Positions 31,554 through 42,483 of a DNA stretch of 44,004 nt are shown in pieces. Below the pieces are notes generated by a model. It was not told where the DNA came from. It saw only the letters and a program-made list of their open reading frames with translations, and searched no databases. Source of the DNA: Escherichia coli (GTDB lineage Bacteria; Pseudomonadota; Gammaproteobacteria; Enterobacterales; Enterobacteriaceae); assembly GCF_003334765.1 (NCBI RefSeq), contig NZ_QOWT01000033.1. One strand, given 5' to 3'. Made by a program: the position numbers and the translations under genes. Position 1 is the first letter of the stretch. Every line of letters starts with the position of its first letter.

Positions 31554-31567
31554 TACTGGAGCTCGCG

Positions 31568-32476
31568 ATGATGTTAAGTAAGAAAAACAGCGAGACGCTG
31601 GAAAATTTCAGTGAAAAGCTGGAGGTCGAAGGGCGCAGCTTGTGGCAGGACGCACGTCGACGTTTTATGCATAACCGTGCGGCGGTTGCCAGTCTGATAG
31701 TGCTGGTGCTGATCGCGTTATTTGTAATCCTGGCACCGATGCTTTCCCAGTTTGCCTATGACGATACTGACTGGGCGATGATGTCCAGCGCCCCGGATAT
31801 GGAGTCCGGTCACTACTTTGGTACTGACTCATCCGGTCGCGACCTGCTTGTGCGCGTTGCGATTGGCGGGCGTATCTCACTCATGGTCGGTGTTGCTGCG
31901 GCACTGGTGGCTGTGGTCGTCGGGACACTTTATGGTTCGCTTTCCGGTTATCTGGGCGGTAAAGTGGATTCGGTAATGATGCGTCTGCTGGAAATCCTCA
32001 ACTCCTTCCCATTCATGTTCTTCGTCATTTTGCTGGTGACCTTTTTCGGTCAAAACATCCTGCTGATTTTCGTGGCGATAGGCATGGTTTCCTGGCTGGA
32101 TATGGCTCGTATTGTGCGTGGGCAAACCCTGAGTCTGAAGCGCAAAGAGTTTATTGAGGCGGCACAAGTTGGCGGTGTATCGACATCGGGCATTGTTATT
32201 CGCCACATTGTGCCGAATGTACTCGGTGTGGTGGTGGTCTACGCATCACTTCTGGTGCCCAGCATGATCCTCTTTGAATCTTTCCTTAGCTTCCTGGGGT
32301 TGGGTACGCAAGAGCCGTTAAGCAGCTGGGGTGCATTGCTGAGTGATGGCGCGAACTCGATGGAAGTCTCTCCATGGTTATTGTTGTTCCCAGCGGGATT
32401 CCTCGTGGTGACGCTGTTTTGTTTCAACTTTATCGGCGATGGCTTGCGTGATGCCCTCGACCCGAAAGATCGTTAA
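31568..32476 (+). CDS. oppC: oligopeptide ABC transporter permease OppC
   Basis: 302-aa ORF (MMLSKKNSETLENFSEKLEVEGRSLWQDARRRF...). Confidence 0.96.
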   Translation: MMLSKKNSETLENFSEKLEVEGRSLWQDARRRFMHNRAAVASLIVLVLIALFVILAPMLSQFAYDDTDWAMMSSAPDMESGHYFGTDSSGRDLLVRVAIGGRISLMVGVAAALVAVVVGTLYGSLSGYLGGKVDSVMMRLLEILNSFPFMFFVILLVTFFGQNILLIFVAIGMVSWLDMARIVRGQTLSLKRKEFIEAAQVGGVSTSGIVIRHIVPNVLGVVVVYASLLVPSMILFESFLSFLGLGTQEPLSSWGALLSDGANSMEVSPWLLLFPAGFLVVTLFCFNFIGDGLRDALDPKDR

Positions 32477-32487
32477 GGAGTGCAGCC

Positions 32488-33501
32488 ATGAGCGTAATTG
32501 AAACTGCAACTGTGCCGCTCGCACAACAACAGGCTGACGCACTGCTGAACGTGAAAGATTTGCGTGTCACCTTTAGTACCCCGGACGGCGACGTCACGGC
32601 GGTCAATGATTTGAATTTTTCCCTACGTGCCGGAGAAACGCTGGGTATTGTAGGTGAGTCTGGTTCGGGTAAATCGCAAACTGCATTTGCGTTGATGGGC
32701 CTGTTGGCTGCCAACGGACGTATTGGCGGATCGGCAACCTTCAATGGGCGTGAAATCCTCAATTTGCCAGAGCATGAACTCAATAAACTGCGCGCTGAAC
32801 AAATCTCAATGATTTTTCAGGACCCAATGACTTCGTTGAATCCCTATATGCGCGTCGGTGAGCAGTTGATGGAAGTGCTGATGCTGCATAAGAACATGAG
32901 CAAAGCTGAGGCGTTTGAAGAGTCGGTGCGGATGCTCGATGCGGTAAAAATGCCGGAAGCGCGTAAACGCATGAAAATGTACCCGCACGAATTTTCTGGC
33001 GGCATGCGTCAGCGAGTCATGATTGCGATGGCCTTGTTATGTCGACCTAAGCTGCTGATTGCGGATGAACCAACAACTGCGCTGGACGTCACCGTACAGG
33101 CGCAGATCATGACGCTATTAAATGAACTGAAGCGGGAATTTAATACCGCCATCATTATGATCACCCACGATCTTGGCGTGGTGGCGGGGATCTGCGACAA
33201 AGTGCTGGTAATGTACGCCGGGCGCACGATGGAATATGGCAACGCGCGCGATGTCTTTTATCAACCCGTTCATCCTTATTCTATCGGTTTGCTCAACGCG
33301 GTGCCGCGTCTCGATGCGGAAGGTGAAACAATGTTGACCATCCCGGGTAATCCGCCAAACCTGCTGCGATTACCGAAAGGTTGCCCGTTCCAGCCACGTT
33401 GTCCGCATGCGATGGAAATTTGTAGTAGCGCACCGCCGCTGGAAGAGTTTACGCCTGGCCGTCTGCGTGCTTGCTTTAAACCGGTGGAGGAACTGTTATG
33501 A
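32488..33501 (+). CDS. oppD: oligopeptide ABC transporter ATPase OppD
   Basis: 337-aa ORF with Walker A (GESGSGKS) and ABC signature (FSGGMRQR). Confidence 0.96.
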   Translation: MSVIETATVPLAQQQADALLNVKDLRVTFSTPDGDVTAVNDLNFSLRAGETLGIVGESGSGKSQTAFALMGLLAANGRIGGSATFNGREILNLPEHELNKLRAEQISMIFQDPMTSLNPYMRVGEQLMEVLMLHKNMSKAEAFEESVRMLDAVKMPEARKRMKMYPHEFSGGMRQRVMIAMALLCRPKLLIADEPTTALDVTVQAQIMTLLNELKREFNTAIIMITHDLGVVAGICDKVLVMYAGRTMEYGNARDVFYQPVHPYSIGLLNAVPRLDAEGETMLTIPGNPPNLLRLPKGCPFQPRCPHAMEICSSAPPLEEFTPGRLRACFKPVEELL

Positions 33502-34502
33502 ATGCTGTAACTGAAGGAAGAAAAGTCCTCCTTGAAATCGCCGATCTTAAAGTGCACTTTGAAATCAAAGATGGCAAACAGTGGTTCTGGCAACCGCCGA
33601 AAACGCTCAAAGCCGTCGATGGTGTCACTCTTCGCCTGTATGAAGGGGAAACATTAGGTGTGGTAGGGGAATCGGGATGCGGTAAGTCCACCTTTGCTCG
33701 CGCCATCATCGGTTTGGTCAAGGCGACCGACGGTCATGTTGCCTGGTTAGGTAAAGAGTTGCTGGGCATGAAACCCGATGAATGGCGTGCCGTTCGCAGT
33801 GATATTCAGATGATTTTCCAGGATCCGTTGGCATCGCTAAACCCGCGTATGACCATCGGCGAGATCATCGCTGAACCACTGCGTACTTATCATCCGAAAA
33901 TGTCACGCCAGGAAGTTCGCGAGCGCGTGAAGGCGATGATGCTGAAAGTCGGGTTATTGCCTAACCTGATTAACCGCTATCCGCATGAGTTCTCTGGTGG
34001 GCAGTGCCAGCGTATCGGGATTGCGCGTGCTCTTATTCTTGAACCGAAGCTGATTATCTGTGATGAGCCGGTGTCGGCGCTGGACGTGTCAATTCAGGCA
34101 CAGGTGGTCAACCTGCTCCAGCAATTGCAACGTGAGATGGGATTGTCATTAATTTTTATCGCTCATGACCTGGCCGTGGTAAAACACATTTCCGATCGTG
34201 TGTTGGTGATGTATCTCGGCCATGCGGTAGAACTGGGGACCTATGATGAGGTCTACCACAATCCACTACATCCTTACACCAGGGCATTGATGTCGGCAGT
34301 CCCCATACCTGATCCGGATCTGGAGAAGAACAAAACCATCCAGTTACTGGAAGGGGAATTACCGTCGCCGATCAACCCGCCTTCCGGTTGTGTTTTCCGT
34401 ACCCGTTGCCCGATTGCCGGTCCAGAGTGCGCCAAAACACGTCCTGTTCTGGAGGGGAGTTTCAGACACGCCGTTTCTTGCCTGAAAGTCGATCCGCTTT
34501 AA
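33498..34502 (+). CDS. oppF: oligopeptide ABC transporter ATPase OppF
   Basis: 334-aa ORF with Walker A (GESGCGKS); ATGA overlap with the oppD stop. Confidence 0.96.
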   Translation: MNAVTEGRKVLLEIADLKVHFEIKDGKQWFWQPPKTLKAVDGVTLRLYEGETLGVVGESGCGKSTFARAIIGLVKATDGHVAWLGKELLGMKPDEWRAVRSDIQMIFQDPLASLNPRMTIGEIIAEPLRTYHPKMSRQEVRERVKAMMLKVGLLPNLINRYPHEFSGGQCQRIGIARALILEPKLIICDEPVSALDVSIQAQVVNLLQQLQREMGLSLIFIAHDLAVVKHISDRVLVMYLGHAVELGTYDEVYHNPLHPYTRALMSAVPIPDPDLEKNKTIQLLEGELPSPINPPSGCVFRTRCPIAGPECAKTRPVLEGSFRHAVSCLKVDPL

Positions 34503-34510
34503 AAACAATA

Positions 34511-34536
34511 AGGGCTGACAGTTGTCAGCCCTTTTT
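34511..34536. terminator. terminator hairpin between convergent oppF and yciU
   Basis: GGGCTGACA...TGTCAGCCC inverted repeat flanked by an A run upstream and a T run downstream; could serve both strands. Confidence 0.7.
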
Positions 34537-34554
34537 CACGCTAAAAGCGATTAT

Positions 34555-36379
<1,825 letters not shown>

Positions 36380-36521
36380 AGATTAGAAATCCTTTTGAAA
36401 GCGCATTGTTATGAGTTTACGCATATGGATTCATCTGGCAAATAAAAACGCGGGAAAAGCACTGGTCAGCGTCGGGGGTGGGGGTATAATGACCATTCTG
36501 TTATTGCATAGAGTAGTTAAC

Positions 36522-36695
36522 ATGAAGCGGAGTAGAACGGAAGTGGGGCGCTGGCGCATGCAGCGTCAGGCTAGCCGACGTAAATCGCGTTGGCTTGAGG
36601 GGCAATCGCGCCGAAATATGCGTATCCACAGCATCAGGAAGTGCATTCTAAACAAACAGCGTAACTCGTTATTGTTTGCGATCTACAATATCTAA
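36522..36695 (+). CDS. yciY: small basic protein YciY
   Basis: 57-aa ORF (MKRSRTEVGRWRMQRQASRRKSRWLEGQSRRNMRIHS...) starting at the ATG at 36522; a TATAAT hexamer lies about 35 bp upstream. Confidence 0.5.
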   Translation: MKRSRTEVGRWRMQRQASRRKSRWLEGQSRRNMRIHSIRKCILNKQRNSLLFAIYNI

Positions 36696-36749
36696 ATGTA
36701 CTGGGCACCATTGCGGTGCCCAATAAGTTTACTCTTCCGTCTTTAAACT

Positions 36750-38003
36750 CTATTTTTGCGCCGATTCTTTACTGTCAGCTTTCGTTTCTAGTTCATCGTT
36801 ATCGCTGAAAATACCATGACCTGAGTTCAACAACATTGAAACGAGCATATCATTATTAATCTCTTCACCATTTAAAACTCGCGCCAGAATTTCGCTGCCA
36901 AACAGTTGCGGTGAGAGAATGATATCCGGATGTACCATCTTAATCTTATTCAGGTTTTTGCTATCACTGACGGCGAGAACTGTTTTGACATCACTGCTCA
37001 TATCTTTTGCCGAGAGTACAACAAACGCGTTATCTGCATCGTTATCACTCAGCGCCAGAATGGCCCGGCAACGATCGATTCCCGCTTTCTTTAATACAGA
37101 ACTGTCATTACTGTCACCGGGGATAACATCAGCATTATCGCCTAAGCGTTGCTCAAGTTGCTTGATATCATCTTCAGGCAAGTTGCTGATAACCGTTACG
37201 TTTTGTCCGCGTTGATTCAGTTGCAGGATCGTATTGATGGCGAGAATCGAATGTCCGCAAACAATAAAATGATCTTTACGATGCATTGTATGATTGTTTC
37301 CTTTTACAAGTTTGTTGAATCCCCCGCGGATAAGCGGACCAAAAATTGAGGTCATAGATGTGGCAAAAACGGTAATGCCGGAAATAATGACCGAAATAGT
37401 GAACAATCGTGCTGATTCAGAAACAGGGACAATATCGCCATAGCCGACGGTTGACATGGTTTCTATCGAAAAATAGAACGCGGTCATCAAACTTTCTATT
37501 CGCGGATTAAAACCTTCGCTTAAATAAAGCGCACCGTAGGTTGAGTAAAACAGTAATGTCGTGAAACTAATAAATGCAAAAATTGTCCCGGCTGCGGCGC
37601 TACTGTGGGAGAAGTCTTTGCGCAGTATCAGCAAAAACACCAGCGTAAAAATGCAAAATCCAATACTAAATTTCAGCCAGGGATAAAAATGCAGGGTGTA
37701 AATTAGCGCTATCAACAACAAAATGATACTGATTGCCCATGCGAGCTTTGCCCGGAACAGTAAGCCAATGGAGTTCAGGACAAGAAAGACGCCGAGCATA
37801 AAGAGTGGGGCGTTTGCCAGCAAGGAGAGATCCAACTCTGAAAATGCTTTGATATGGAAAATATCAAGCAAATTGACCGACATACCATAGATTGTTTTAA
37901 AAATAAGCAATCCATTTAAAAAGACGGCCAGCGCGAGAATGTCGTGCCGAAGGGTCACCCATAAATTTGTTGCTGTTTGTTTGAATGTAGCCCAGTGACT
38001 CAC
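36750..38003 (-). CDS. kch: voltage-gated potassium channel Kch
   Basis: ORF 36750..38021; recognised start V SHWATFKQTATNLW at a GTG (417 aa); K+ selectivity filter TVGYGD and C-terminal RCK domain. Confidence 0.9.
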   Translation of the reverse strand: MSHWATFKQTATNLWVTLRHDILALAVFLNGLLIFKTIYGMSVNLLDIFHIKAFSELDLSLLANAPLFMLGVFLVLNSIGLLFRAKLAWAISIILLLIALIYTLHFYPWLKFSIGFCIFTLVFLLILRKDFSHSSAAAGTIFAFISFTTLLFYSTYGALYLSEGFNPRIESLMTAFYFSIETMSTVGYGDIVPVSESARLFTISVIISGITVFATSMTSIFGPLIRGGFNKLVKGNNHTMHRKDHFIVCGHSILAINTILQLNQRGQNVTVISNLPEDDIKQLEQRLGDNADVIPGDSNDSSVLKKAGIDRCRAILALSDNDADNAFVVLSAKDMSSDVKTVLAVSDSKNLNKIKMVHPDIILSPQLFGSEILARVLNGEEINNDMLVSMLLNSGHGIFSDNDELETKADSKESAQK

Positions 38004-38302
38004 TGATACCTCTGTAACCACAATTTTGTTTAATTATCTTAGCGTGCACATTTTCTGAACATACATGCAGCGCGTGAATGTGTTAAACAATAGTAGATGA
38101 CTTTATCCGCAGTAATCAAAGGATTTGAGCGAGCAACTGTACCTCAGGAAAGGTCATTTTTCCTGAATATGCTCACATCATATAAAGAAATACAGATAAA
38201 GTTATTATCTGCTTGTGGTGGTGAATGCACTGACCGGCTATAAGGAAAGGCCAAACAAGAACACGGTTGCAAAAACCGTGCCCTTAAATATTGAATCTCT
38301 AT

Positions 38303-38599
38303 TCAGAACACTTTCTTAAATGGTTTCACTGAAACGTGTTCATAGACTCCTGCCGCTACGTACGGGTCAGCATCGGCCCAGGCCTGAGCTGCTTCCAGCG
38401 ATTCAAATTCAGCAATAACGGTTGAGCCAGTAAATCCCGCAGCCCCTGGATCGTTACTGTCTACCGCTGGCATTGGACCAGCTGTCAACAAACGACCTTC
38501 ATCATGCAGTAACTGTAAACGTGCTAAATGTGCCGGACGAACGGAAAGGCGTTTTTCGAGGCTATCAGCTTTGTCTTGAGCGTAAATAACATACAACAC
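38303..38599 (-). CDS. yciI: YciI-like protein
   Basis: ORF 38303..38695; recognised start [18 protein letters not shown] at a GTG; 98 aa. Confidence 0.85.
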
Positions 38600-38752
38600 G
38601 GGCACAACTCCTTGTTCGGGAAAGTTGTAAAGTACGTTATTTGAAAGGGCGAAGATCTGCAACGGAAAGATGATGTCTTTGTTAAGGCCATGCATAAAGT
38701 AAGGGTAATTACGCCAAAAATGACATTTTCACTGATCCTGATCGTCTTGCCT

Positions 38753-38779
38753 TATTGAATATGATTGCTATTTGCATTT
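38753..38779 (+). promoter_or_regulatory. Fur box in the tonB promoter
   Basis: AT-rich hexamer repeats (TTGAATATGATTGCTATTTGCATT) 45-70 bp upstream of the tonB ATG, resembling the Fur consensus. Confidence 0.65.
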
Positions 38780-38822
38780 AAAATCGAGACCTGGTTTTTC
38801 TACTGAAATGATTATGACTTCA

Positions 38823-39542
38823 ATGACCCTTGATTTACCTCGCCGCTTCCCCTGGCCGACGTTACTTTCGGTCTGCATTCATGGTGCTGTTGTGGCGGGT
38901 CTGCTCTATACCTCGGTACATCAGGTTATTGAACTACCTGCGCCTGCGCAGCCGATTTCTGTCACGATGGTTACGCCTGCTGATCTCGAACCGCCACAAG
39001 CCGTTCAGCCGCCACCGGAGCCGGTGGTAGAGCCAGAACCGGAACCTGAGCCGATCCCCGAACCGCCAAAAGAAGCACCGGTGGTCATTGAAAAGCCGAA
39101 GCCGAAACCTAAGCCAAAACCGAAGCCGGTGAAAAAGGTACAGGAGCAGCCAAAACGCGATGTCAAACCCGTAGAGTCGCGTCCGGCATCACCGTTTGAA
39201 AATACGGCACCGGCACGCCTGACATCAAGTACAGCAACGGCTGCAACCAGCAAGCCGGTTACCAGTGTGGCTTCAGGACCACGCGCATTAAGCCGTAATC
39301 AGCCGCAGTATCCGGCACGAGCACAGGCATTGCGCATTGAAGGGCAGGTTAAAGTTAAATTTGACGTTACGCCGGATGGTCGCGTGGATAACGTACAAAT
39401 CCTCTCAGCCAAGCCTGCGAACATGTTTGAGCGTGAGGTGAAAAATGCGATGCGCAGATGGCGTTATGAGCCGGGTAAGCCAGGCAGTGGGATTGTGGTG
39501 AATATCCTGTTTAAAATTAACGGCACCACCGAAATTCAGTAA
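38823..39542 (+). CDS. tonB: energy transducer TonB
   Basis: ORF 38772..39542; recognised start MTLDLPRRFPWPTLLSVCIHGAVVAG at the ATG at 38823; Pro-rich (EP)n and (KP)n repeats; 239 aa. Confidence 0.96.
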   Translation: MTLDLPRRFPWPTLLSVCIHGAVVAGLLYTSVHQVIELPAPAQPISVTMVTPADLEPPQAVQPPPEPVVEPEPEPEPIPEPPKEAPVVIEKPKPKPKPKPKPVKKVQEQPKRDVKPVESRPASPFENTAPARLTSSTATAATSKPVTSVASGPRALSRNQPQYPARAQALRIEGQVKVKFDVTPDGRVDNVQILSAKPANMFEREVKNAMRRWRYEPGKPGSGIVVNILFKINGTTEIQ

Positions 39543-39548
39543 GCAGAA

Positions 39549-39580
39549 AGTCAAAAGCCTCCGACCGGAGGCTTTTGACT
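39549..39580. terminator. bidirectional terminator between tonB and yciA
   Basis: AGTCAAAAGCCTCCG-ACC-GGAGGCTTTTGACT perfect palindrome, flanked by a short A run on the tonB side, lying between the two convergent stop codons. Confidence 0.85.
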
Positions 39581-39581
39581 A

Positions 39582-39980
39582 TTACTCAACAGGTAAGGCG
39601 CGAGGTTTTCCTTCAGGATCAACCGCGACATACTTAAATAATGCTTCTGTCGCTTTATAGCGTTGCCCAATTGGTTCAGACGCTACTTTTTTCACCCACA
39701 CTTCAATATTAATGCTGACCGATGTCGTCCCTTTCTGGACACAGCGTGCATAGCAGCACACCACATCGCCGACCGCAACCGGCCGTAAGAAAGTCATTCC
39801 TTCAACCCGCACAGTCACTACGCGACCGTGGGCAATTTCTTTTGCCAGAATAGCGCCGCCAATATCCATTTGTGACATTAACCAACCACCAAAGATGTCA
39901 CCATTGGCATTGGTATCGGCGGGCATGGCTAAAGTACGTAAAACAAGATCGCCCTGAGGGACGTTATGTGTTGTAGACAT
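39582..39980 (-). CDS. yciA: acyl-CoA thioesterase YciA
   Basis: 132-aa ORF (MSTTHNVPQGDLVLRTLAMPADTNANGDIFGGW...), hotdog fold family. Confidence 0.95.
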   Translation of the reverse strand: MSTTHNVPQGDLVLRTLAMPADTNANGDIFGGWLMSQMDIGGAILAKEIAHGRVVTVRVEGMTFLRPVAVGDVVCCYARCVQKGTTSVSINIEVWVKKVASEPIGQRYKATEALFKYVAVDPEGKPRALPVE

Positions 39981-40084
39981 GGTAAAACCGACTTAAAAGG
40001 AAAATCACAGGCGCGATGCTACTATGATTTTCCTGAGGAGAACAGAGGAGATACAGCGCCAGCCCCGAAGGACTGGCAGTCTGG

Positions 40085-40624
40085 TTAGGATTTATCTTCC
40101 TGCGGCATGTGGCGGTAGATATAGATACCGCTTAACAATGTGAAGATTAAGGTAAGGGCGGTCAGGCCAAAGACTTTAAAGTTGACCCAAATATTTTGCG
40201 GCAGCCAGAATGCGATGTAGATGTTTGCCAGACCGCAAAGGATAAAGAAAACAGCCCAGGCCAGATTCAGCTTCGACCATACCGGTTGCGGCAGCGTGAG
40301 TTCTTTACCCAGCATCCGCTGAATTAGCGGCTTTTTCATCACCCATTGGCTGACTAACAGGGCTCCCGCAAATAGAGCATAAATGACTGTAACCTTCCAT
40401 TTAATAAACTCATCATTGTGGAAGAACAGCGTCAAGCCACCGAAGACGACCACCAGAACAAAAGTGATCAGGGCCATCTTCTCAACCTTACGAAAGCGAA
40501 CCCAGCTATAGATAAGCACAATCGCCGTGGCGACGATCAGCGCCGCAGTAGCCGCATAGATGTCATAAATCTTGTAAAACGCGAAAAAGACAACCAGCGG
40601 TAAAAAATCAAGAAACTGCTTCAT
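40085..40624 (-). CDS. yciB: inner membrane septation-associated protein YciB
   Basis: 179-aa hydrophobic ORF ([29 protein letters not shown]...). Confidence 0.93.
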   Translation of the reverse strand: MKQFLDFLPLVVFFAFYKIYDIYAATAALIVATAIVLIYSWVRFRKVEKMALITFVLVVVFGGLTLFFHNDEFIKWKVTVIYALFAGALLVSQWVMKKPLIQRMLGKELTLPQPVWSKLNLAWAVFFILCGLANIYIAFWLPQNIWVNFKVFGLTALTLIFTLLSGIYIYRHMPQEDKS

Positions 40625-40653
40625 TTTACGATTCCGTAATCAAATGCTTAAGG

Positions 40654-41397
40654 TTATTGGCGAATCAACATATACAGGCGGAACAGATAGATGAGCAATA
40701 TGGCTGAAATCAGGTTGCTCAAGGTGTTCGCCAGTACGGCACCAATTTCCGGGGTTAATGCGGCAAAAGAAGAGGCAAAAAGCAGCAACAGTGTTTTTGC
40801 CAGCAACCAGCTCAGTACTGCGGGTGCCACCAGACGCATATTCGCCCAAGTCAGCCGCATACTGCTACGCATCGAGGCAAAAACGCCCATTTTGTCCTGT
40901 ACCAACATCACCGGTGCCAGGGCCAGTAAAATGGCCATGATAATTCCCGGAACGACCACCAGCATGATGCCAATCTGTACTAAAAGGGTAGTCAGAAAAA
41001 TCAGAATAAATAACTTTGGCAATATCGGCGCACTGGCACCAATAGCTCGCAGCGCACTGACTCTCTGACCCGCAGACACCAGCTGGATAATTAATATTAC
41101 GCCTCCGGCGAGAATGGCGTTACCGATTAATCCTGAAAAAGTGGACGCCGCTGAAGCCTGCAGCAAAATTTGTTGCTGTTCCGGTGACATATTCTGAACC
41201 AGGTCGAACAACCCACTACTGCCGCTAACGGGCACGCCGTCATTGAGCTGCGCAAGCTGTGCATCACTGGGTGAGAAAACATGCCCTAACACCACTGTGA
41301 TAAACGCACATAGCAACGATACCAACAGAATGGTCATAAATTGATTACGGAAGAAATTTCCGGTGTCACGGTATACGGACTGCGCCGTGATAGACAT
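40654..41397 (-). CDS. yciC: UPF0259 inner membrane protein YciC
   Basis: 247-aa ORF ([32 protein letters not shown]...). Confidence 0.93.
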
Positions 41398-41591
41398 GCA
41401 CTCTCCTTGAGTTTTATGCAGGTGTTAATTAGCGGGCAATTGTACCCTGGTTAAGCCTCGGGTGGCAGCATCAGGTCTTGTATGGAAAAGCATATCTTTG
41501 TAAAGCGGAGGTAATTGCTGGCCTTCAGGCATGGGCAAATCGCGGCAAGTGGCGACCGAGTTAATATTTGCGTAGCGAAAATATTTAAAAA

Positions 41592-41605
41592 TTGATTTAA
41601 ATCAC
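41592..41605 (+). promoter_or_regulatory. FNR-like box TTGATttaaATCAc upstream of ompW
   Basis: 13 of 14 match to the FNR consensus about 155 bp upstream of the ompW ATG; ompW is known to be anaerobically induced. Confidence 0.55.
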
Positions 41606-41753
41606 ATTAACCAGGATTCTCAATGCAACTTCTAAATTAATCCAGATCAATAAAGGGTGAATTATCATATGTAATGTGATCTATGTAGGATCATTTGTTA
41701 CTCCAATGTAGGTATATTCGTCACGTTTTTATAACCATAACGACGGAGCGGAT

Positions 41754-42407
41754 ATGAAAAAGTTAACAGTGGCGGCTTTGGCAGTAACAACTCTTCTCTC
41801 TGGCAGTGCCTTTGCGCATGAAGCAGGCGAATTTTTTATGCGTGCAGGTTCTGCAACCGTACGTCCAACAGAAGGTGCTGGTGGTACGTTAGGAAGTCTG
41901 GGTGGATTCAGCGTGACCAATAACACGCAACTGGGCCTTACGTTTACTTATATGGCGACCGACAACATTGGTGTGGAATTACTGGCAGCGACGCCGTTCC
42001 GCCATAAAATCGGCACCCGGGCGACCGGCGATATTGCAACCGTTCATCATCTGCCACCAACACTGATGGCGCAGTGGTATTTTGGTGATGCCAGCAGCAA
42101 ATTCCGTCCTTACGTTGGGGCAGGTATTAACTACACCACCTTCTTTGATAATGGATTTAACGATCATGGCAAAGAGGCAGGGCTTTCCGATCTCAGTCTG
42201 AAAGATTCCTGGGGAGCTGCCGGGCAGGTGGGGGTTGATTATCTGATTAACCGTGACTGGTTGGTTAACATGTCAGTGTGGTACATGGATATCGATACCA
42301 CCGCGAAGTATAAATCTGATGGTCGTAAACTGGCTAAAGGCAGTTATAGCGACAATGTACGCCTTGACCCGTGGGTGTTTATGTTCTCGGCAGGATATCG
42401 TTTTTAA
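41754..42407 (+). CDS. ompW: outer membrane protein W (8-strand beta-barrel)
   Basis: 217-aa ORF (MKKLTVAALAVTTLLSGSAFAHEAGEFFMRAGSATVRP...) with signal peptide and C-terminal ...SAGYRF. Confidence 0.93.
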   Translation: MKKLTVAALAVTTLLSGSAFAHEAGEFFMRAGSATVRPTEGAGGTLGSLGGFSVTNNTQLGLTFTYMATDNIGVELLAATPFRHKIGTRATGDIATVHHLPPTLMAQWYFGDASSKFRPYVGAGINYTTFFDNGFNDHGKEAGLSDLSLKDSWGAAGQVGVDYLINRDWLVNMSVWYMDIDTTAKYKSDGRKLAKGSYSDNVRLDPWVFMFSAGYRF

Positions 42408-42411
42408 TTTT

Positions 42412-42459
42412 CTCTGCAAAACCTCTGCAAAACTCTTCTGCAAAACTCTTCTGCAAAAC
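42412..42459 (+). repeat. four tandem direct repeats of TCTGCAAAAC (11-13 bp period)
   Basis: Copies at about 42413, 42424, 42437 and 42450, between the ompW stop and the integrase stop. Confidence 0.85.
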
Positions 42460-42483
42460 TGGTCATCAAATGACCAGTTTTTT
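42458..42483 (+). terminator. rho-independent terminator hairpin after ompW, overlapping the integrase stop codon
   Basis: ACTGGTCAT-CAA-ATGACCAGT stem-loop followed by a T run; the integrase TGA stop (42466-42468) sits in the hairpin and its last codons are encoded by the stem and T run. Confidence 0.75.

Noticed and set aside
36703-36730. Hairpin GGGCACC-ATTGC-GGTGCCC between yciY and kch as a terminator
   Set aside because: Stem is present but the flanking T or A runs are weak; not confident enough to list as a feature.
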